This document shows, in pieces, positions 25,533-32,000 of a stretch of DNA of 32,000 nucleotides. The notes below the pieces were generated by a model. The model made no database searches, was not told the origin of the DNA, and saw only the letters and a list, made by a program, of their open reading frames with translations. Source of the stretch: Candidatus Heimdallarchaeota archaeon B3_Heim (GTDB lineage: Archaea; Asgardarchaeota; Heimdallarchaeia; Hodarchaeales; Hodarchaeaceae); the NCBI GenBank assembly GCA_003144275.1, contig NJBF01000023.1:39190-71189 (forward strand), written 5' to 3'. Made by a program: the position numbers and the translations under genes. The first letter of the stretch is position 1. Every line of letters begins with the position of its first letter.

Positions 25533-26486
25533 TCATGATCGAAGAGAGTTCAATGTCTCCTCTGTAGAAAACTTCGGATCAAACCCCTCCGCACGCAATT
25601 TTTCATTAGAGGCCACATATGGGTAAGCTACGAAATCAAGATATGGGGCAGGAACTTCTGACAGACGTAACTTCCACTGACACCATAGTAGAAGTTTTAA
25701 TATCCTTAACGGGATATGAATGCCTCTTCCATTGAGTATACGAGGTATATCACCCACTGGTACAGATTGATTGGGGGTAGCGTTGTATGCACCTTCTAAT
25801 CGTTTTGAAACCATTAAATAGAACGCTTGGACGGCGTCATCGATATGCATGAATTGAATAGGGGTTTTAGGATTAGGGTGTGGCATTAAGAAGAAAGTTC
25901 GCCATCCTCCTTGTAAAATTGTTGTAACATAACTATCTAAATCAGCTGAAAGTATTGGAGAAGGTCGAATACGTCCAATCCTCATGTCAGTGATTGAATT
26001 TTCCTTAAAGTTATCTATTAATTGCTCTGCAAGTAGTTTATGGTGGGAATAATGAAATTCCTTGTTTCCCCGCAAAGGATGACTCTCTGTGAGTGGATTT
26101 GGATTGTCTAAGTGTGCACCGTAAGCGAGCGTTGACGAAGTATGAAGGAAGTATTCCACTCCAGCCTCTGCAGCTTGCATCAGAACATGTTTTGTTCCAT
26201 GTATATCAACATTATAAGCTCGTTGTGTATTATAACTAGGAGTTACTGTCCAAACCATGTGTATTAGATCTGTCACTCCAAATTCTTGCAGGACTTCCGC
26301 TGACAAGTTTAGGATATCCATCTGACGGTATTCAAAAGGAAAATCCACCTTTTGGATACTTTTCTTAACATCAAAACCTACCAACAGGTCACAATCTGGG
26401 AGTTGTTTTGCAAAATTCTGTATTAAATGTTGAGCTAAATACCCTGCTGCTCCAGTGATGGCTACGACTCTGGTCAATAATGTCAC
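25533..26486 (-). CDS. NAD-dependent epimerase/dehydratase (extended SDR)
   Basis: VAITGAAGYLA Rossmann motif, NVDIHGT, HTSSTLAYG, catalytic YSHHK, RIRPSPILS and QFMHIDD. GTG start. Confidence 0.92.
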   Translation of the reverse strand: MTLLTRVVAITGAAGYLAQHLIQNFAKQLPDCDLLVGFDVKKSIQKVDFPFEYRQMDILNLSAEVLQEFGVTDLIHMVWTVTPSYNTQRAYNVDIHGTKHVLMQAAEAGVEYFLHTSSTLAYGAHLDNPNPLTESHPLRGNKEFHYSHHKLLAEQLIDNFKENSITDMRIGRIRPSPILSADLDSYVTTILQGGWRTFFLMPHPNPKTPIQFMHIDDAVQAFYLMVSKRLEGAYNATPNQSVPVGDIPRILNGRGIHIPLRILKLLLWCQWKLRLSEVPAPYLDFVAYPYVASNEKLRAEGFDPKFSTEETLNSLRS

Positions 26487-26770
26487 CTATAGTATGAGTT
26501 TCAACTCACTTTCATTGATATTAGTTAATGAGGTTTCTGTTTTAGTTTCCAAGAATGAAAAAATTTTAATTTTATCAGAATTTTTCTCCCTTTTTTATTA
26601 GCAAAATTCTAAGTAGATTACTAGTCTTGGTTCTACACAGTGGTCTGTTTCGTTGTTATATCATAACTTTTTAAAAAAACAGCTTCCCTATGAAAGAAAA
26701 CTTAAAAATAGACTTTCATGCCTTTTTTCCCTAATATTGCGAAAGTCGGTGATTTTAAGAGGTAATATCC

Positions 26771-28033
26771 ATGAAATACGAGGGTTACACTATTAGAAAA
26801 TTACTTGTTGAAGATCTTACAGAATTCCAACAAATTGCACTCAAAGCCTACCCAGTAATGTTTCCTGAGAATTATTCTCCTGAAGCACAACAAGCCTGGT
26901 TCGATCGAATGAAATCCTCTATCGAAGAGGATCCACTAATGAATTATTACGGATGTTTCAAAAGTGATAAAATGATTGGTGGGATGATCTATTTCGATTT
27001 TAAAATGACTCTATTTGATCAACTGGTTGATGTTGGGGGAATTGGTTTAGTATGTGTTGATTTATTACATAAAAAGGAGCACGCGGCTAAAAATATTGTA
27101 AAAGCTTTTCACGACCATTATTACGGTAGAGGAATTACCCTCACAGCCTTATATCCATTCAGGCCTGATTTTTATACTGCAATGGGATATGGTCTTGGTA
27201 AAAAGATGAATCGGTACCGTTTTAAACCGAGTACTTTACCTAAAGGCAGCAAAGAACATATTGTTAAGCTAAGCTTGTCAGATTCTAAAAAGACTGTTGA
27301 GTGTTTCAATCGTTTTGCCTCAGGCATTCATGGAATGATTCAAACCAACAAAAAAGCGAAGGATCGATTGTTTACAAGGCAAAATGTCATCGGATATATG
27401 CAAGACAATGAACTCCAAGGTTTTATGGCCTTTACCTTCAAGAAAGTCGACCCTGATAATTTTATACTGCAAGACCTTATAGTTGAGGAATTGATTTATG
27501 AGAATAGTCATGCCCTCCGTGAGCTACTTGCATATCTAAACACACAGGCCGACCAAGTTAGATATATGTACTTCCACACTCAAGATGATTTTTTCCATTA
27601 TCTCCTTCACGATCCTCGCAATGGAGGAAAAAAGATCTTCTTGACCTCTCAGGAATGTAACCTCCAGGGGTTAGGGATAATGTATCGTATAATCAATGTT
27701 AGAAAGTTGTTTACTGATTTATCGACTTTTAATTTCAGAAATCAAACTGTAAAATTACTAATAACCTTGGAAGACAATTTTTTAAAACCTAATGATGGGA
27801 AACTAATTCTTTATTTTGATAACGGGATATGTTCAGTTATGGATGACAATCATGACTTTGACGCAGAAATCCAACTGAAAATTAACCATTTTTCCTCAAT
27901 GTTCATGGGTGTTGTTCCCTTCAAGAAGTTGTACTCACTGGGGTTAGCTCATATTTCCAATTTGGACTATTTAGATACTATAAATCAGCTTTTTACTTCG
28001 GAACATCCTCCAATAACAACTCAGCAATTCTAG
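26771..28033 (+). CDS. Eis-like GNAT N-acetyltransferase (tandem GNAT plus SCP2-like C-terminal domain)
   Basis: GGIGLVCVDLLHKKEHAA, LYPFRPDFYTAMGYG, MYRIINV, EDNFLKPNDG and INHFSSMFMG..F..L...G. Confidence 0.88.
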   Translation: MKYEGYTIRKLLVEDLTEFQQIALKAYPVMFPENYSPEAQQAWFDRMKSSIEEDPLMNYYGCFKSDKMIGGMIYFDFKMTLFDQLVDVGGIGLVCVDLLHKKEHAAKNIVKAFHDHYYGRGITLTALYPFRPDFYTAMGYGLGKKMNRYRFKPSTLPKGSKEHIVKLSLSDSKKTVECFNRFASGIHGMIQTNKKAKDRLFTRQNVIGYMQDNELQGFMAFTFKKVDPDNFILQDLIVEELIYENSHALRELLAYLNTQADQVRYMYFHTQDDFFHYLLHDPRNGGKKIFLTSQECNLQGLGIMYRIINVRKLFTDLSTFNFRNQTVKLLITLEDNFLKPNDGKLILYFDNGICSVMDDNHDFDAEIQLKINHFSSMFMGVVPFKKLYSLGLAHISNLDYLDTINQLFTSEHPPITTQQF

Positions 28034-28203
28034 ATTGAATTAACAGGTTGACCATGGTTTTTTAGCCTTCTAAGTTTCGGATGAAATGAAAAGGAAATAT
28101 TAAAACCTTATAATCAACCTGTGAAATCCCTTATCCATTAGAGAATTAGTTCATTCATTTAACCCAATGAATGGAGTCGTAATTTAGTAGGATAATTATA
28201 AGT

Positions 28204-28935
28204 ATGTTGGGGCTTAGCATCATTAATAAAACAGGGATATTAGTTTTTAATCACGAATTCACCAGTTCTTATGATGAAAAAATTGATGAAGATTTAAATG
28301 CTGGTCTAATGTCTGCGATCTTTAGTGCTCTACGCGAAACCCAAAAAGAGACAATTAAATCCATTCGATTAAGAGACAATTACGTTTTTCTTTTATATGA
28401 AGGAGTTTTGACCTATGGGGTGCTTTCTACCACTGAGGAAGATTCTAGACAATATAATTTCCTCCGAGAAGTGGTTTTGAAGTTCGAAATAATGTATACT
28501 AAAGAACTGCATCAAGAGACGGTAATTGAACGCTATTTCTTTAATGAATTCCACGTAGTTGTAAAGAAAATGTATAGTGACATGGTAGAAATCGATGTAG
28601 CAGCACTAAATAATCTTATTAATGTGATGGGAGAATCTAAGATTCGAAATTATCTTATTTATGAAACTAAGTACTTTCATCCAGTCTTTAGATCGATTAC
28701 TGATTCAATTGTCAATGAACACGCGGACAAGATGACCCAAATCTTCAGATATATAATAGATTTTAGTGAACATGCTAACCAAGCTTTTTCAACCGGTGAA
28801 TTAAACTTCGAAACCATGAGAATATTTACGGTCAAAACTAAATCCCATTGCATCGCGATATTCGACACTTCAACTGACAGAGGGAAAGGATCCATGAAAA
28901 AAGAGTTGATTCAACTCCAAAAAAAGATTATTTGA
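28204..28935 (+). CDS. Longin-domain protein with a second roadblock/longin-like domain (eukaryotic-signature type)
   Basis: The N-terminal beta-beta-alpha-beta-beta-beta-alpha pattern LSIINKTGILVFNHEF..DEDLNAGLMSAIFSALRE..IKSIRL..VFLLY..YGVL..NFLREVVLKFEIMY..FNEF resembles Asgard longin-like proteins. The C-terminal alpha-beta-beta-alpha-beta-beta-alpha domain is a less certain call. Confidence 0.7.
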   Translation: MLGLSIINKTGILVFNHEFTSSYDEKIDEDLNAGLMSAIFSALRETQKETIKSIRLRDNYVFLLYEGVLTYGVLSTTEEDSRQYNFLREVVLKFEIMYTKELHQETVIERYFFNEFHVVVKKMYSDMVEIDVAALNNLINVMGESKIRNYLIYETKYFHPVFRSITDSIVNEHADKMTQIFRYIIDFSEHANQAFSTGELNFETMRIFTVKTKSHCIAIFDTSTDRGKGSMKKELIQLQKKII

Positions 28936-29060
28936 TTAAGTATTTTTCTTTTCAAATTTACTTTAAATGTCGAACAGTTTTTGACCAGTCTGCCACAAAC
29001 ATATCCCTTTTAAAAAAAAATCCTTTTCCAGAGTTAACTATCAAATAAAGGTGCTAGTTT

Positions 29061-30488
29061 ATGTTTGATGAACTTCAAAGGATAATCGAAAAGGGTGAGT
29101 CATTAGGTGCAGACTACATCGATGCCCGATATGATGAGCTCTTACCTCGTACCATAATTAAAGAAAATGGACGTATCACACAGCTAAAGACAATGAATCG
29201 CACAGGTGTTGGCTTTAATGTCTATTACAATGGTGCTTCCGCATATGCTTTTTCTGCTGATATTTCTAATCCTAAAGCTTTAGAACAAGCTGCCCTAGAT
29301 GCCTTAGGGATTGCTAAAGCAACATCTAATAAAGTAATAGTAAAATCAGAGATCGACCCCAGATCCCCTGTAAAAATAAGTCTGGAACCTAAAATTCGGG
29401 ATCCCGCCTGGTTGGCTGAACCAGAAAGAAAGCTAGATCTGATCAATCGAATGGAATCTACAGCGAAAGATCATGGAAAAGATATCAATAGTCTTCTACT
29501 TATGTATGGTGAATTGTCAGGTAAGAAAATATTTACTAATTCTGATGGAACAGAAATTAAATGGTCCCCCTACATCTCGGATCTTCGCTGTATAGTAGTG
29601 AGTAAAACTCCAGAGGGGGATTTAGTTCGAGCAAGTGATGGCTGTGGTGGTTCTTATGGGTTAGAATATTATAAACGTGACGGGTCGACCCCTGAAGACT
29701 TAGGACGGAATGCGGCCCTGTGGGCAAAAGAGCAATTAAAAGCAAAATCTGCTCCTCCAGGTGAGTTTAGGGCTCTTTGTGAGAATACATTGGTTGGTGT
29801 GCTTGCACATGAGTCTTTTGGTCACTTAACTGAAGCCGATTTTATTGTAACTAAAGGAAGTCCAATCCATGATAAGGTTGGGGAAAAATTAGGATCTGAT
29901 CTAGTTACAATAATAGATGAAGGAGTATCTGAATTTAATGGTAAATCGACCCCACTATACCTTCCTTATGATGATGAAGGAGTAAAAACAACTCGTACCG
30001 TACTCATGGAAGATGGAATTCTTAAAAATTTCCTCACATCAAGATCAACCTCTAAATTGCTTAATACTGAATATTCAGGTAATGCTAGAGCAATTAATTT
30101 TGCATTTCCCCCAATTCCTCGGATGAAAAACACATACTTTACTCCTGGGGACATGACCGAAGAAGAAGCTCTCGAGCAGTTAGGGACAGGTATTTACGCT
30201 ATCCGTACAAGCGGAGGTCAGGTAGAAGGTTCTGGTGACTTCCTATTCAAGGCTGTGCGAGGTTATTGGGTAGAAAATGGTGAGAAAAAGTATCCTCTGA
30301 AAGATGTAAGCTTAACAGGTAATATCCTTGACTTATTGACGAAAATTGAAGGTGCCACAAAAGACTTTGAACTTTCTTCTGGGTACTTCGGAGGGTGTGG
30401 AAAAGGAGGACAATTTCCTCTACCTGTTGGAGATGGAGGACCTAAGTTAGTATTTGAAAAAGTTCGCTTTGGAGGAGAATCTAAATGA
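29061..30488 (+). CDS. tldD: TldD metalloprotease subunit
   Basis: GADYIDARY, FTNSDGT, Zn-binding LAHESFGHLTEAD, YDDEGVKT, GNARA, PIPRMKNTY and C-terminal GCGKGGQFPLPVGDGGP. Confidence 0.96.
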   Translation: MFDELQRIIEKGESLGADYIDARYDELLPRTIIKENGRITQLKTMNRTGVGFNVYYNGASAYAFSADISNPKALEQAALDALGIAKATSNKVIVKSEIDPRSPVKISLEPKIRDPAWLAEPERKLDLINRMESTAKDHGKDINSLLLMYGELSGKKIFTNSDGTEIKWSPYISDLRCIVVSKTPEGDLVRASDGCGGSYGLEYYKRDGSTPEDLGRNAALWAKEQLKAKSAPPGEFRALCENTLVGVLAHESFGHLTEADFIVTKGSPIHDKVGEKLGSDLVTIIDEGVSEFNGKSTPLYLPYDDEGVKTTRTVLMEDGILKNFLTSRSTSKLLNTEYSGNARAINFAFPPIPRMKNTYFTPGDMTEEEALEQLGTGIYAIRTSGGQVEGSGDFLFKAVRGYWVENGEKKYPLKDVSLTGNILDLLTKIEGATKDFELSSGYFGGCGKGGQFPLPVGDGGPKLVFEKVRFGGESK

Positions 30489-31852
30489 ATGAATTCGAAC
30501 AAATGAAAGATGATCTTTTAGGTCGTATAGAGCGTGGATTAAAACACGGTCAAGCAAAAGGAGCTAAATCATTAGATCTTTATATTATTAAATCGAATGA
30601 ATTAGCAATCAACATGGATGCAGGTATCATTACTGCTCAACGAGGAGGAACCATCGGTGTTGGTTGTCGGTGTGTAATTGATCGTAAAATAGGTTTTGCT
30701 TCTGCTTCAGGTATTACAGAGTCATCTGTTGATTTTGCAATTGAATCAGCTATTTCTGGTGCTAAATTAAATCAACCTGATGATAGATGGGAATCGTTCA
30801 TACAAAATGCAAAAACTGGTAAAGAGGGAATAATTGACTCTTCTGTTTTGGATATCAGTTCTGAAGAAGCCGTTCTTGGTGCAGATACAATTTTTCAAGA
30901 AGCTAAAGACTATGATCCTCGTATAACGTCAGTTTCAGGTGGAGTCTACGTCGGATTTGGTGCTTTCGCTGTTGGAAATACTGAAGGAATAGCAAAAGCA
31001 TCTGCAACTACAGGTACGTTTGGTCAGTCTTACATAACAGCAGTTGAAAATGGGAAAACAAAAACTGGGTTTGATTATATCATGGATCGAGGTGTTCCCT
31101 CATTCGATGGTATTGGCACAAAAGGAGCAGAAAAAGCTATCAAACTACTGTCAGCAGCATCATTGGGCAAATCAGAACAAACTAAATTTATTTTTGATCC
31201 TATTGCAGCGGGACAATTCATTAAAACCGCACTAAGTAATTCCGTGAACGGAAAGAGTGTGGTTGAAGGAAGAAGTTCATTTGCTGACAGAATTGGGGAT
31301 CAGGTTGGGGTAGAAACTCTGAATATTTATGATGACGGACAAATTCTTGAAGATCCTAATGTTCAGGCCATCGATGGTGAAGGATATCCGCGTAGTACAA
31401 CCCCAATTATTGAAAAAGGGGTGTTAAAGACTTTCATTTTTGATAGCTATTATGCCAAAACCTATGGTGCAGAAAGTACTGGAAACGCAAGTCGAGCTGG
31501 ACCTCAATCTTATGAATCACTCCCCACTGTCTCTCCAACAACTATTTCAGTCACACCAGGTTCAAAGGATCTAGATGGTCTCATTGCTGAAATAGGGAAC
31601 GGTATTCTCGTAACAGATTTTCTCATGGGTATGATGCATTCTAATCTAATTTCAGGTGACTTCTCTGTTGTTTCCCCCTCCAGTTTTGTTATTGAAAATG
31701 GGGAAGTAAAACATCCATTAGAAGCAGTAACGATTGCTGGTAATCTTTACAACGCGTTTAACCAGATTTCATCTTTTGGAAATGATAATAAATTAACTTT
31801 TATGGGCAAAGTACCTTCTATTGCTTTTGATGGATTTACAGTCTCTGGGTAA
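30485..31852 (+). CDS. pmbA: PmbA/TldE metalloprotease subunit
   Basis: ATGA overlap with tldD. RKIGFAS, VGNTEG, DGEGYPR, GVLKTF...YA...STGNASR, SGDFS, ENGEVKHPL..VTIAGN and PSIAF, with no HExxH. Confidence 0.95.
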   Translation: MNEFEQMKDDLLGRIERGLKHGQAKGAKSLDLYIIKSNELAINMDAGIITAQRGGTIGVGCRCVIDRKIGFASASGITESSVDFAIESAISGAKLNQPDDRWESFIQNAKTGKEGIIDSSVLDISSEEAVLGADTIFQEAKDYDPRITSVSGGVYVGFGAFAVGNTEGIAKASATTGTFGQSYITAVENGKTKTGFDYIMDRGVPSFDGIGTKGAEKAIKLLSAASLGKSEQTKFIFDPIAAGQFIKTALSNSVNGKSVVEGRSSFADRIGDQVGVETLNIYDDGQILEDPNVQAIDGEGYPRSTTPIIEKGVLKTFIFDSYYAKTYGAESTGNASRAGPQSYESLPTVSPTTISVTPGSKDLDGLIAEIGNGILVTDFLMGMMHSNLISGDFSVVSPSSFVIENGEVKHPLEAVTIAGNLYNAFNQISSFGNDNKLTFMGKVPSIAFDGFTVSG

Positions 31853-31865
31853 TGTAAGGGAGTTT

Positions 31866-31892
31866 CTCCCTCCTTTTTTCCACTTTTTTTTT
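31866..31892 (+). terminator. Oligo-T terminator of tldD-pmbA
   Basis: CTCCCTCCTTTTTTCCACTTTTTTTTT starts ~14 nt after the pmbA stop. Confidence 0.7.
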
Positions 31893-32000
31893 AATAGCTT
31901 TTACAACGCGTCACCTCCATTGAAGGAACTACTTTTATGAGGGCAGTTAGAAGATTTGGAAGAGTACTGCCGTATTTCTGATCATAATCTAGCCAATCAA
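31891..32000 (-). CDS. 3' end of a minus-strand gene truncated by the window edge
   Basis: The open frame from the window end reads ..DWLDYDQKYGSTLPNLLTALIKVVPSMEVTRCKSY* (TAA at 31891-31893), converging on pmbA. Confidence 0.45.
   Translation of the reverse strand, partial: DWLDYDQKYGSTLPNLLTALIKVVPSMEVTRCKSY

Noticed and set aside
1354-31235. About 25 short ORFs of 60-151 aa in the track (e.g. 1354-1575, 2155-2373, 4956-5219, 6987-7292, 9969-10424, 11784-12146, 14161-14421, 29225-29446, 31044-31235)
   Set aside because: They lie antisense to or out of frame within well-supported genes and have no recognisable motifs, so they are shadow ORFs.
1-32000. CRISPR arrays, tRNA/rRNA genes, transposases, integrases, defence systems
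   Set aside because: No regularly spaced direct repeats, cloverleaf or rRNA signatures, or DDE, tyrosine-recombinase or nuclease motifs were seen.

Overview
AT-rich archaeal window of housekeeping and transport genes, most likely from an Asgard archaeon (Heimdallarchaeia-like). That assignment is an inference from an Asgard-style longin-domain protein, a PGF-CTERM sorting signal and oligo-T terminators. Contents in order: (1) A complete peptide ABC transporter in an unusual convergent layout: oppA on + faces oppB-oppC-oppD-oppF plus an unannotated small membrane ORF on -. OppC carries a ~306-aa FG-GAP/VCBS-repeat insert (probably a beta-propeller) in its first extracytoplasmic loop, and OppA has a Thr-rich linker and PGF-CTERM. 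(2) A MacB/FtsX-type double permease with two small membrane proteins and no ATPase in the window. (3) An ArsB/NhaD-type permease with eroded signature motifs, next to a 1156-aa alpha-solenoid protein. (4) Nitroreductase, GNAT, DUF302, acetoacetate-CoA ligase, two alpha/beta hydrolases, a ferredoxin with a CxxSxxC motif, an unannotated carboxylesterase pseudogene, an extended SDR and an Eis-like GNAT. (5) A longin plus roadblock-like protein. (6) A tldD-pmbA pair and the 3' end of a gene cut by the window edge. No rRNA, tRNA, CRISPR array, integrase or transposase was recognised. All family calls come from motif recognition by eye; no database searches were run.
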